Shown in pieces: positions 37,281 to 46,444 of a DNA stretch of 64,000 nt (its first letter is position 1; the number at the start of each line of letters is the position of its first letter). The notes under the pieces were generated by a model. The model was not told where the DNA came from. It worked only from the letters and a program-made list of their open reading frames with translations, and did not search any database. This DNA comes from Candidatus Bathyarchaeota archaeon (GTDB lineage Archaea; Thermoproteota; Bathyarchaeia; 40CM-2-53-6): positions 26,818-90,817 of the forward strand of contig CAWAOH010000010.1 of the NCBI GenBank assembly GCA_963783645.1. The letters are read 5' to 3'. The translations under genes were made by a program, and so were the position numbers.

Positions 37281-38201
37281 ATGTCATCAGATTTTGATCA
37301 TGCTGCGATTCTTCTAATGGCATATGGAACACCGTTGTCAGAGGACGAAATAGAACCCTATCTTGCTGATATCCGGCGAGGTCGAAAACCTACCTTAGGG
37401 CAAGTCGAGGATCTGAAGAGACGCTATAGGGAAATTGGAGGGTATTCGCCACTTCTGGAAATCACAAAAGCTCAAGCATTCGAACTGGAGCAGCAACTTC
37501 ACTCGAAGAGGATTCGAGTGCAGGTTTACCACGGAATGAAGCATTGGCACCCATACATCTCAGAGACGGTGCAGGAGATTTTGAAGGTTGGAGTTCACAG
37601 GATTGTGGGTTTGGTACTTGCGCCTCATTATTCGCGCATGAGTATTGGTGGGTACAGAGAGTCACTTCAAATGGCTCTTATGAATTCGAAGAATATTCGG
37701 GTCGACTTCGTGGAAAGCTGGTACGATAATTCACTCTTTCAAGATGCCGTGGCGGAGAAAGTGAGTAATGCATTTGAGAAGTTCCCACCAGACGCGGATA
37801 TCTACGTCCTTTTTACTGCACATAGTCTACCGGAGCGAATAATCGCCGAGGGTGATCCTTATCCTATCCAGCTTCTTGAGTCCTGCAAGGCAGTTGCGAG
37901 ACTCACTAATATCGAAAGATGGTCATTCGCATACCAAAGTGCTGGTCAAACAGGAGAAAAATGGTTAGGACCTGATATTCTAGAGGTATTGGGAAAGATT
38001 GCCGCCAAGTCGAACGTGCTTGTGGTCCCTATTGGATTTGTTACTGATCATCTCGAGATTCTCTACGATATCGATGTGGAAGCTCAGGCATTAGCAGAAT
38101 CTCATAAAATCATCCTGCATCGTACCGAGTCCTTGAACACCAGTCCCAAGTTCATAGCCGCTTTGGCTGACATAGTCGGCAATCAGCTAACTTCAATCTA
38201 A
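37281..38201 (+). CDS. hemH: ferrochelatase (coproporphyrin ferrochelatase-like)
   Basis: 'AILLMAYGTP', 'GGYSPL', 'FTAHSLPE', 'VVPIGFVTDHLEILYDID'. Confidence 0.85.
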   Translation: MSSDFDHAAILLMAYGTPLSEDEIEPYLADIRRGRKPTLGQVEDLKRRYREIGGYSPLLEITKAQAFELEQQLHSKRIRVQVYHGMKHWHPYISETVQEILKVGVHRIVGLVLAPHYSRMSIGGYRESLQMALMNSKNIRVDFVESWYDNSLFQDAVAEKVSNAFEKFPPDADIYVLFTAHSLPERIIAEGDPYPIQLLESCKAVARLTNIERWSFAYQSAGQTGEKWLGPDILEVLGKIAAKSNVLVVPIGFVTDHLEILYDIDVEAQALAESHKIILHRTESLNTSPKFIAALADIVGNQLTSI

Positions 38202-38466
38202 GCTCCGACTCTGCCATCCAGTATCATGTAAGTAACAAGTCCCTTTGCCACTGTCTTATTCTCTTCAAACACGACGGCCTCGCCAACTGCAAGTCGGCGT
38301 TCGATCAAGGTACATAATGCCAATCCCACTGCTGAATCGATAAGAGATGCAGCTACTCCTCCATTCCTGAACCTTGAATCAAGGAACGAGTTACCTTCAA
38401 TCGCAATTCAGACCGGCCCCGACGTAATCCTACGAGTCTAATATCGAGGTGCCCATAAAAGGGCAT
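38198..38466 (-). pseudogene. remnant of a PaaI/4HBT-type hotdog thioesterase (frameshifted, internally deleted)
   Basis: Hand translation gives 'MPFYGHLDIRLVGLRRGRSELRLKVTRSLIQGSG' in one frame and 'NGGVAASLIDSAVGLALCTLIERRLAVGEAVVFEENKTVAKGLVTYMI' in another. The total of ~90 aa is short for the fold (~130 aa). Confidence 0.35.
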
Positions 38467-38550
38467 GAAACGGGCAAGGTGTCTAATCTAACAATCTCTA
38501 TGTCTCAAAGTGAACTGGTCTCGTCGAATTGGGTAAAAGTCAAGAAAATG

Positions 38551-38874
38551 TTAGAGAGGCATATCGTATTCATCTATGTACAGACTCGTCATACTGCTGG
38601 CGAATTTGTATGTGTCTTCTTGGGTAATCCGCCCTTCGGGTGATGCAAAAGCCATCTTCATGCTTTCAACGTTGTCAAACCACAGTTCGAGTACTCCGTG
38701 ATAGTCGGGCTCGCGGTTTAGTGGTTTCTTCACGACATTTACTACGTACTTTCTTACACCCGGCATCTTCTTTACCAGCGGAGCGTGAATACGCAGCCAA
38801 TACCGAGTAAATTCCTCATCAGTCAGGTTATCATTCTTGATCAGCAAAACCATAAGTTTGAACAAATCAGACAC
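38551..38874 (-). CDS. EthD-domain protein
   Basis: 'LTDEEFTRYWLRIHAPLVKKMPGVRKYVVN' and overall size (~105 aa) fit the EthD family. Confidence 0.65.
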   Translation of the reverse strand: MSDLFKLMVLLIKNDNLTDEEFTRYWLRIHAPLVKKMPGVRKYVVNVVKKPLNREPDYHGVLELWFDNVESMKMAFASPEGRITQEDTYKFASSMTSLYIDEYDMPL

Positions 38875-38920
38875 CTTTTCGGAATAAACACGACAGATCG
38901 TATAAGACTTACACGCCCGA

Positions 38921-40087
38921 TTATTCCCGCAATGAAAGTAGAACGATACTGCTGATAATCAGTACGAATCCCACAATTGAATCGTAGGAAAGTCTCTCTT
39001 GGAGGAACAGGAAACCGACAACTGCGGCTGTAAGGGGTTCGACGATGGCGAAAACGCTAGCCTGGGTTGGTTCAATCAATTTCAGTCCGGTTAGATACAA
39101 CACATAAGCAACTGCAGTGGGCACTAGACCCACAACGACGATCAATCCCCAACCATAGAGATTCGCAGGTGGATGAACCCCCTCCAAAGCGAACATGATC
39201 GGAAATAGCAGGAGAGCGCCAAAGATCATCGCCAAGAAGGTGGTTACAGCTGGTTCCCTGTTCTGTCCGAGGATTTTTCCGAAGATGTACCATGAGGAAT
39301 AAGCAAGTCCAGAAGCAATTGCCAACCAGTCACCAAGCTGGGTTATGGAGCCAAACAACGGTTGCCCCCTAGCGATCCCCACGATTAGGAATGCACCGGT
39401 GACCGAGAGCGTTACTGCGGCAACTTTCGCCCGTGAGAATTTCTCTTTCAGAATCACCCAAGAGAGTACTGCGACAAACGCAGGGGCTGTGTACAGCAAC
39501 GCCGCGGCGTGTTGAACAGTCGTGTATGCATATGCAGTAAAGTACAACGCTTCGAAAACAGTAAGGCTGCAGAAACCAAACCCGATGAAGAGCAACATTT
39601 CGTGTCGACTGACTGTTATGGAGTAGCGTTTAATCACCAAAAACAGTCCGAGAAGAGGTATAGCTACTACTAGTCTGAACCACGCCAAGGAGATTGGGCC
39701 GATTGATTGGGCGTACGCCAATTTTGCAAGAATTCCCATGAACCCCCATAGGAAACCTGCTCCCATAACCAAAAGAGCACCACGAAGCTGGTTCTTCAAT
39801 GCCAAGCCGCCATCAATATCTGACCAACACCTTTCACGAACCTCACGGAACTCTAAATAGCTATTCTCAGCTAACCGTTGACAAAGAACAAATAACTCGT
39901 AATCGTTGGCACCGAGAAATTGGAGTTTACTGAGGCCATTTGCGTGTGGGAGATTTGAATTGTCCAAAGGTATATCGTCTTTAACGATCGCAGCAATCGC
40001 TTTCGGCACAAGCGCAATTTTCATCAGATTTGCTACGGAGGCTGCAGCGCTGTCCTTGACGTTCTTTCGCTTGTCAATCGCAGCCAT
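38921..40087 (-). CDS. EamA/DMT-family transporter (true start probably internal, ~39800)
   Basis: Ten hydrophobic segments and two EamA-like halves. The first ~95 codons of the longest ORF are hydrophilic and overlap the divergent gene. Confidence 0.7.
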   Translation of the reverse strand: MAAIDKRKNVKDSAAASVANLMKIALVPKAIAAIVKDDIPLDNSNLPHANGLSKLQFLGANDYELFVLCQRLAENSYLEFREVRERCWSDIDGGLALKNQLRGALLVMGAGFLWGFMGILAKLAYAQSIGPISLAWFRLVVAIPLLGLFLVIKRYSITVSRHEMLLFIGFGFCSLTVFEALYFTAYAYTTVQHAAALLYTAPAFVAVLSWVILKEKFSRAKVAAVTLSVTGAFLIVGIARGQPLFGSITQLGDWLAIASGLAYSSWYIFGKILGQNREPAVTTFLAMIFGALLLFPIMFALEGVHPPANLYGWGLIVVVGLVPTAVAYVLYLTGLKLIEPTQASVFAIVEPLTAAVVGFLFLQERLSYDSIVGFVLIISSIVLLSLRE

Positions 40088-40874
40088 CGCGATGTTAGTG
40101 TTTGCTTACTCGACACGAAAGTTGACGACCTTAACCAGAACTGATCTCTTACTTGTTACCGTATCAGGTGTAATGTTGAGTCTTCACTTCGCAACGTTTA
40201 TTGTGGCAGTCAAGTTTACGACTGTTGCAAATGCGACCTTTTTAGTTAGCACGAGCCCTGTGATGCTCGCGGTGCTCTCACCCATTCTAATTAGGGAAAG
40301 AACCACATCGCGTGAGGGTGTAGGCGTCATTATTGCGACTCTTGGAATATTACTCGTCGCCAATGCAGGTAACGGTTTTCGCTCTTTCGGACTGGCGGAC
40401 TTTTCAGCTTTACTCGCAGCTCTGTTTGTCTCATTCTATTCGATAATAGGTCGGTTTCTTCGCACCCACGGCGTAAGTACCGCTTGCTATACTGCATATG
40501 TTTATTCGATTGCGACAATAGTCACGTTTTCGCTTGCTGAGATGTTAGGGTCCAATACTTTTAGAGCATATGATGCGACTAACGCGTTTGCAATACTCGG
40601 CCTTGCCCTAGTTCCAACCCTGCTTGGACATTCATTATACAACTACTCTCTCGGATCTGTAAAAGCAGTCACGGCTAACCTCTTTCCTTTATTGGAGCCG
40701 ATCCTGTCTTCAGCATTCGCAGTGCCGCTCTTCGGAGAGATACCGACTCTCACTCAGCTGATAGGTTACTTCCTAATCCTATTCGCAGTAGTAATTGTCA
40801 TGACCTCCAATCAAAGTTCTATGTCAGAAGTTGATAGTGCGCTTAAGTATACGATTGCCGCAAGCAAAGGATAG
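39906..40874 (+). CDS. EamA/DMT-family transporter (start probably internal)
   Basis: Two EamA-like halves ('GTSAIFIRFA', 'LLGHSLYNYSL'). Divergent from 38921..40087. Confidence 0.7.
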   Translation: MAPRNWSLLRPFACGRFELSKGISSLTIAAIAFGTSAIFIRFATEAAALSLTFFRLSIAAIAMLVFAYSTRKLTTLTRTDLLLVTVSGVMLSLHFATFIVAVKFTTVANATFLVSTSPVMLAVLSPILIRERTTSREGVGVIIATLGILLVANAGNGFRSFGLADFSALLAALFVSFYSIIGRFLRTHGVSTACYTAYVYSIATIVTFSLAEMLGSNTFRAYDATNAFAILGLALVPTLLGHSLYNYSLGSVKAVTANLFPLLEPILSSAFAVPLFGEIPTLTQLIGYFLILFAVVIVMTSNQSSMSEVDSALKYTIAASKG

Positions 40875-41009
40875 AGGGATTTTGATCTTCCGACTATCAC
40901 GATAATTGGACTGTCAACTCAATTCGTATACAGAAGATCGGTTCTGAAGAACAACCTTACCACACAAATATATCCAGCAAGAGTTGCAACCAGTGTCGGA
41001 GTGAGGAAA

Positions 41010-42296
41010 ATGCTTGACGTAAAATTCGTCCGCGAGCACAAAGACGAAGTCAAAGAGAATCTCAAACGAAGAGGAGATCTCGACAAAATAGCGTGGATAG
41101 ATGAACTGATCAAGGACGACAAGAACTGGCGCAACACTCAGACCGAAGCAAATAATCTGCGCAACAAGAGAAATCGACTCACCGAAGAAATTGGCAGACG
41201 TCGCAAGACCGGTGCGGATACTTCTGACCAAGTGAAGGAAGCAGAACCGATACCTGACCAAATCAAGAAGTTAGAGACGGAGACAGCACAATTTGAGCGC
41301 AGAGTCACGGATATTCTAATGCGACTGCCGAACATGATGCATGAAACCGTCCCATTCGGCACTGATGAAAGTGGCAACGTTGAAGTAAAGAAGTGGGGAA
41401 AGGAGCCACAATTTACCTTCGCTCCAAAAGACCACATTGACTTGGCAATGAAACTGAAGTTAATCGACCTCGAACGAGCAGCCAAAGTGGCAGGTGCTCG
41501 ATTCTACTATCTGAGAGGCGATCTGGTCAAGCTGAATTATGCGTTGCTTAAGTTTGCTCTTGACTTCATTGAAAAGAAAGGATACACTCTCATCCAGCCA
41601 CCATACTTCCTAAAACGAGACGCAATCGGAGGAGCGGTTGCATTATCAGATTTCGAAGATGTGATTTACAAGATTCAAGACGAAGATCTCTATTTGCTTC
41701 CAACGGCAGAACACGCGCTCCTTGCCCAACACATGGGGGAAATCCTCGATGGAAAGACACTCCCGCTGAGATACAGCGGAATAAGTCCTTGTTTCAGAAA
41801 AGAAGCTGGGGCTCACGGCAGAGACACGAAGGGGATCTTCCGTATACATCAGTTTGAAAAAGTCGAGCAGTTCGTATTCTCAAAGCCCGAAGAATCTTGG
41901 GCTGAACATGAGAGGATGATTCAAAACGCCGAAGAACTGTTCCAGTTTCTTAATCTACCTTACCGAGTAGTCAACGTGTGTACGGGAGACTTGGGAACTG
42001 TTGCGGCAAAGAAGTATGATCTTGAGGTTTGGCTTCCAGGACAAGGTAAGTATAGGGAACTCGTTTCTTGCAGCAATTGCACAACGTACCAAGCTGTAAG
42101 GTCTAAGATTCGATTCAGGGACAAGCCTGATGAACCTACTAAGTGGGTTCACACTCTCAATAGCACACTCGTCGCTTCTGAGAGAGCACTAATCGCGATC
42201 ATGGAAAATTATCAAACTGAAGACGGAGCGGTCTTGATCCCTGAAGTGTTGCAACCTTACATGAGCGGAGCCTCTAAAATCCAAGCAGCAAGTTGA
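41010..42296 (+). CDS. serS: seryl-tRNA synthetase
   Basis: N-terminal coiled-coil arm and class II core 'FRKEAGAHGRDTKGIFRIHQFEKVEQF', 'TLNSTLVASERALIAIMENYQ'. ATG at 41010. Confidence 0.9.
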   Translation: MLDVKFVREHKDEVKENLKRRGDLDKIAWIDELIKDDKNWRNTQTEANNLRNKRNRLTEEIGRRRKTGADTSDQVKEAEPIPDQIKKLETETAQFERRVTDILMRLPNMMHETVPFGTDESGNVEVKKWGKEPQFTFAPKDHIDLAMKLKLIDLERAAKVAGARFYYLRGDLVKLNYALLKFALDFIEKKGYTLIQPPYFLKRDAIGGAVALSDFEDVIYKIQDEDLYLLPTAEHALLAQHMGEILDGKTLPLRYSGISPCFRKEAGAHGRDTKGIFRIHQFEKVEQFVFSKPEESWAEHERMIQNAEELFQFLNLPYRVVNVCTGDLGTVAAKKYDLEVWLPGQGKYRELVSCSNCTTYQAVRSKIRFRDKPDEPTKWVHTLNSTLVASERALIAIMENYQTEDGAVLIPEVLQPYMSGASKIQAAS

Positions 42297-42379
42297 AGCC
42301 CTGAATCGTTGTGTTCGCTTGTATCTAAAACTCTAAGGTGGGCCAAAACAATCGAATCAACCCATGCTTATGAGGCGCG

Positions 42380-44935
42380 TCAGGCGCATGCGCCCCATCC
42401 ACATTCGGGACATGTATGACAACCCTCTTGGTAAACAACCTGAGTCTGGCATTGCGGGCAAAGTTTGACTTCTTCTGTGGCGCGTTGAGATGCTCCGACG
42501 ATGGTGAGGATTTGGGGACCGCGCAGCCGTTGAGGATCCTCAGTTTCTGAGTTCGTGGCGGAACTTTCGTGTTTCTTGGTCGGAGCAACGAGTACTTGTT
42601 CTTTAATGGAGGTGTCCCTGAACACGGTTACGTCTTTGCAGCCTAGTCTGTATGCGAGGAGATATGAGGCCCGCATATCTTCAACTGTAGCGTTTGCTGG
42701 AAAGTTATTCGTCTTTGAAATGGATGAGTCAGTCCATTTCTGAAAAGCGGCGAGGGCTCTAATGTGGTCTTCCGGTCGGATGTCCATCGCGGTAATGTAC
42801 ACTCGTTTGAGATCATTGGGTATGTAGCTTATTCTCTGAATAGATCCTCCATGATCGTTCACATCACGCAGCAAATCGTCTCCAAAGAGTCCCTCTTCAG
42901 TCATTACTCTCTCAAAGACGGGGTCAATGTAGTAGAAGCTGCCCACTTTGACGTGTTTCTCGAAGACCAGCGAGTAGACTGGTTCAATTCCGCTGCTGCA
43001 GCCTGCAATCATTGATATGCTGCCAGTAGGTGCTATGACGGTTGTGTAGCCGTTTCGTAGTCCATACTGCTTGACCATCTCGCTAATCTTATCCCACTCG
43101 AAATGCCATGATTTGCGGTCTCTGAATCCAGCAAAAGGAAGTTGTCCTTCAGGGTAGAAGCTCTTGTTGTAGTAGGGCAATGGTCCTCTTTGTTTCGCCA
43201 ATTCTATGGATGCAACTTTCGAATGATAATTGATGAACTCGATGAGTTCCTCCATGAATTTTCTGCCTTCGTCGGTGTTGTATCCCATCCTGAGTTCGTA
43301 CAGGAGGTCCGCTAGGCCCATCACGCCCAAACCTATTTTGCGAGTGGCAAGGGTCATATCTTCAATTGATTTGAGCGGAAAGTTATTCACGTCTATTACA
43401 TTATCGAGGAATCTTGAAGCTGAGAAAACCGCCTCTCTTAGTCCGTCCCAGTCGTAGGTAACTTTGCCTCTTCCGTCTCTTTTCAGGAAGGCCCACACGT
43501 TAATGCTGCCGAGATTACAGGATTCATTGGGATAAAGTAGAACTTCGCCGCAAGGATTGGTGGTCACGATTGGACCAAGATGCTTGTAGAAGGGGTTGTA
43601 TTCGTTTACGTGATCAAAAAAGATGACGCCTGGTTCAGCGCTTTCCCATGCTTGGTATACGATCATGTCGAATAGTAGTCGAGGGTTGACTTCGCGCACA
43701 ACTTTACCTGTTCTTGGATTAATGAGTGGGTACGGTTTGTTCTTGTTGTAGCAGTCCCAGAAGTCTGACATTATCAGGACTGATATGTTGAAGTTTCGGA
43801 GTGCCTTGTTTCCTTTCTTTGCTGTGATGAACCTCTCGACATCAGGATGGTTGCTGTTTAGGATGCCCATGTTTGCCCCACGTCTGATGCCGCCTTGTTT
43901 GATGACGTCTGTCATCGTGTCGAATAGCATCATGAAACTGATTGGTCCAGAGGCAATGCCTGACGTTGAGCTTACGTAGTCGCCTTCGGGTCTCAACTTG
44001 GAGAAGTTGTATCCCATTCCTCCGCCCGCTTTGAATACGACGGCTGTCTGCTTGAGGGTCTCCATGATGCTCTCGATGGAATCGTCTATATCCAAAACGA
44101 AGCATGCTGAACCCATTCCGAGAACGTTTCCGAAGTTTGCTATCGCTGGTGTGTTGGGCATGAACTTTTTCGAGACCAGCAGCGTGTAAAATGCGTCAAT
44201 GTTATTGGCAAACTTGCTAAAATGGCCTGTCTTGAGCATTTCGAAGAACTGTGACCAACTAATCTTCATCGCTCCTTCTCTATTGAAACGGTCATACATG
44301 CGCTTCAGCGCGCTGAGGTGATATTGGTTCAGTCTGTAATTTCCTACGGATACCTTCTCGTGATGTTGTGTTGGGTCAAAGTTCTCTAATTCATGAGCGG
44401 TTTGTTTCTCGTTGATATCGTAAATCTCAGAATCGTAAAGCAAGTCCGGCAGAGAAGCGTGGACTGCTATTCGTGTGAACAGTTGTTTCGGTGTCTCGAT
44501 TAATTTTCCTGTTTCATCTTTCTTTAGGTATCTTGCTTTGAGAACCTTTAGAGCATTGAGATCGAACATCTTGTCAACTTCGTCTATTGCCTCCTTCTCG
44601 AGAATACGTTGCTTCTCCTTTCGGATCTCCGCTCGCTTCTGTCGGTAAATTATGTAGTGCTTTGCAACCTTCGCCTGTTCGTTCTCAACCAGAACCCGTT
44701 CAACAAAATCTTGCACGTCCTCGACGGCAGGTATTGCTTCAGTGCCATATTTCTCGTTGAGAATTTCGACCACGCGATTAGAAAGAGATTCGGCCAGGGT
44801 GTGATCTCTTCCACCTGTCGCGGTTATTGCTCTGTAGATCGCGTTAGTTATTTTCTCCTTGTCAAATGGGACGATTCGCCCATCACGTTTTCTTATCTGT
44901 GTAGGTTTCAGCGTCGAGGCTTCACTATGAGTCAT
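42380..44935 (-). CDS. nrdJ: class II (adenosylcobalamin-dependent) ribonucleotide reductase with ATP-cone and C-terminal Zn-finger
   Basis: ATP-cone 'IRKRDGRIVPFDKEKITNAIYRA', catalytic 'TTNPCGEVLLYPNESCNLGS', C-terminus 'CPQCQTQVVYQEGCHTCPECG'. ~850 aa. Confidence 0.9.
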   Translation of the reverse strand: MTHSEASTLKPTQIRKRDGRIVPFDKEKITNAIYRAITATGGRDHTLAESLSNRVVEILNEKYGTEAIPAVEDVQDFVERVLVENEQAKVAKHYIIYRQKRAEIRKEKQRILEKEAIDEVDKMFDLNALKVLKARYLKKDETGKLIETPKQLFTRIAVHASLPDLLYDSEIYDINEKQTAHELENFDPTQHHEKVSVGNYRLNQYHLSALKRMYDRFNREGAMKISWSQFFEMLKTGHFSKFANNIDAFYTLLVSKKFMPNTPAIANFGNVLGMGSACFVLDIDDSIESIMETLKQTAVVFKAGGGMGYNFSKLRPEGDYVSSTSGIASGPISFMMLFDTMTDVIKQGGIRRGANMGILNSNHPDVERFITAKKGNKALRNFNISVLIMSDFWDCYNKNKPYPLINPRTGKVVREVNPRLLFDMIVYQAWESAEPGVIFFDHVNEYNPFYKHLGPIVTTNPCGEVLLYPNESCNLGSINVWAFLKRDGRGKVTYDWDGLREAVFSASRFLDNVIDVNNFPLKSIEDMTLATRKIGLGVMGLADLLYELRMGYNTDEGRKFMEELIEFINYHSKVASIELAKQRGPLPYYNKSFYPEGQLPFAGFRDRKSWHFEWDKISEMVKQYGLRNGYTTVIAPTGSISMIAGCSSGIEPVYSLVFEKHVKVGSFYYIDPVFERVMTEEGLFGDDLLRDVNDHGGSIQRISYIPNDLKRVYITAMDIRPEDHIRALAAFQKWTDSSISKTNNFPANATVEDMRASYLLAYRLGCKDVTVFRDTSIKEQVLVAPTKKHESSATNSETEDPQRLRGPQILTIVGASQRATEEVKLCPQCQTQVVYQEGCHTCPECGWGACA

Positions 44936-45226
44936 GAACCAATCACCTAGAATAGCACGGAACCGAACCTAGATCTGTCTTATGTTATTAAGTCTACGAT
45001 CGTGTACCGCTAAGTCGAGAATTTTATACTATGCCATTTGTCTAAGTAAAAAGCGGCAGCATTGACAATCGCATGCTTCTAGCAAAGCACACCGTAGTGA
45101 ACATCACCATATTCTAGACCGTAAGAGCAAGAGACGGACAATGCAAGTCTAGTTGTTTGTCTAGATTTAGGGAGAACAGAAGTTTAACGGTACCTTCTAC
45201 GCAACAGCAAGTAGATAGATCTAGGG

Positions 45227-45874
45227 TTACTGGTACTTTAAGGGATCAACCATTCCTATCTGTTTGAATGCGTCGAGACGATTGCGGCAGCCTCGACATT
45301 TCCTGCACGGAATTTCAACGTCTTCGTAGCAGCTCCATGTGAGCCCGAGAGGAACCTTGAGTTCCAAGGCTAGCTTAAGCACCTCAACTTTGCTGTGGTT
45401 GATTAGAGGGTTGACGATTTGGGTTGATGTTCCATCTGCACCTGTTCGAGTTCCGATCTTCAACAGCTCATTCATTCTCTGAATGAAGGTGGGTGTTGCG
45501 TCGGGCAGTTCTCTTGTGTCGTCGGCGTTGGAACCGAAAATTATCGTGTCGATGCCAAGCGTTTCGGCGTAGGCGGCTGCGATTCCGTAGAAGATGGTGT
45601 TCCTTGCGGGCACGTAAGCTGAGGTTACGTTGCTTGGTTGTATAGGATGATATCGGGTTTGGATGTCCTTGTAGAAGGGAAGAGATACGGTGAAATGCTC
45701 CTTCACCTTGGCTGCGTTGGCCAGTGATTTTGATGCCTTAGCCTCCTGGTAGCTGGCTTGTGCGTACAGTATGTTGATTGAGTAGATGCTTGGTGTTTGT
45801 TGTTCTGCCCAGTAGAGAGCCGTGGCAGAGTCAATTCCGCCAGATAATAGGACGATTGCACTCTTCAAACTCAT
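45227..45874 (-). CDS. queC: 7-cyano-7-deazaguanine synthase
   Basis: 'AIVLLSGGIDSATALYWA' PP-loop and C-terminal Zn cluster 'SCYE...CRKCRGCRNR'. The internal ATG (45874) is preferred. Confidence 0.85.
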   Translation of the reverse strand: MSLKSAIVLLSGGIDSATALYWAEQQTPSIYSINILYAQASYQEAKASKSLANAAKVKEHFTVSLPFYKDIQTRYHPIQPSNVTSAYVPARNTIFYGIAAAYAETLGIDTIIFGSNADDTRELPDATPTFIQRMNELLKIGTRTGADGTSTQIVNPLINHSKVEVLKLALELKVPLGLTWSCYEDVEIPCRKCRGCRNRLDAFKQIGMVDPLKYQ

Positions 45875-45986
45875 CCAATCGTCAGTACCTGCCACGATGC
45901 AATAAGCAGCTATGCCCACGCGCTCTTTACAGACAACGCAGACCGGAATCGTTCCTTATTGAGACTGGGAACGTTGTTTTGAATTT

Positions 45987-45998
45987 CGTTCCGGAACG
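45987..45998. promoter_or_regulatory. perfect 12-bp palindrome CGTTCCGGAACG flanked by two GGAACGTT words
   Basis: Read directly. GGAACGTT occurs at 45968-45975 and 45993-46000. It lies 70-125 nt upstream of queC. Confidence 0.35.
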
Positions 45999-46118
45999 TT
46001 TCGAAATGAAGTAACATCTTGCTGTTTCGGAACACATTCTGAAACGATGCGAATAAGCCGAATGAATAGATACAGGAGAAGGGACGGGTGGGGCTGGGTT
46101 ACAAGACCAGCCGCAAGG

Positions 46119-46289
46119 TTAACGCGTCTTCATGAAGGAAGTGATTGATTCCGTCCTACATTGAGGGCAGATCTTCAGGTGGTAGCGGTCGTTAGGCAAC
46201 GACTGGTGGCACCACTCACACCTTCGAATCTTAGGCGTTTCCATCTCCGGGATCTCTTCAAACAGTAACTTTTCGAGGTCTTCAACCAA
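46119..46289 (-). CDS. possible small Zn-ribbon protein (56 aa, TTG start)
   Basis: Hand translation: '...IRRCEWCHQSLPNDRYHLKICPQCRTE...' (CxxC...CxxC). It is below the ORF-track size cut-off. Confidence 0.25.
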   Translation of the reverse strand: MVEDLEKLLFEEIPEMETPKIRRCEWCHQSLPNDRYHLKICPQCRTESITSFMKTR

Positions 46290-46313
46290 ACTTGATTCAT
46301 CTCATTTCATGGG

Positions 46314-46342
46314 TTGCCTTGTTTGCTTCGCAAACAAGGCAA
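46314..46342. promoter_or_regulatory. perfect inverted repeat TTGCCTTGTTTGC-ttc-GCAAACAAGGCAA (13-bp arms)
   Basis: Read directly. It lies in the AT-rich divergent region between the small Zn-ribbon ORF and the RHH gene, so an operator is more likely than a terminator. Confidence 0.5.
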
Positions 46343-46444
46343 TCAATAATACAAGTTAAGGAATGTAAAAAGAATTAACAAGGTTTATAAGAAACTTATG
46401 TAATCAATGTAATCTTGATATCAAGTTAAGCCACGTATCTTTGT

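Noticed and set aside
40914-41485. Two 115-aa minus-strand ORFs (40914..41261 and 41138..41485).
   Set aside because: They are antisense to the strongly supported serS gene. The same applies to the many 60-130-aa antisense ORFs inside nrdJ, gyrA/B, tldD/pmbA, the heme genes and others.
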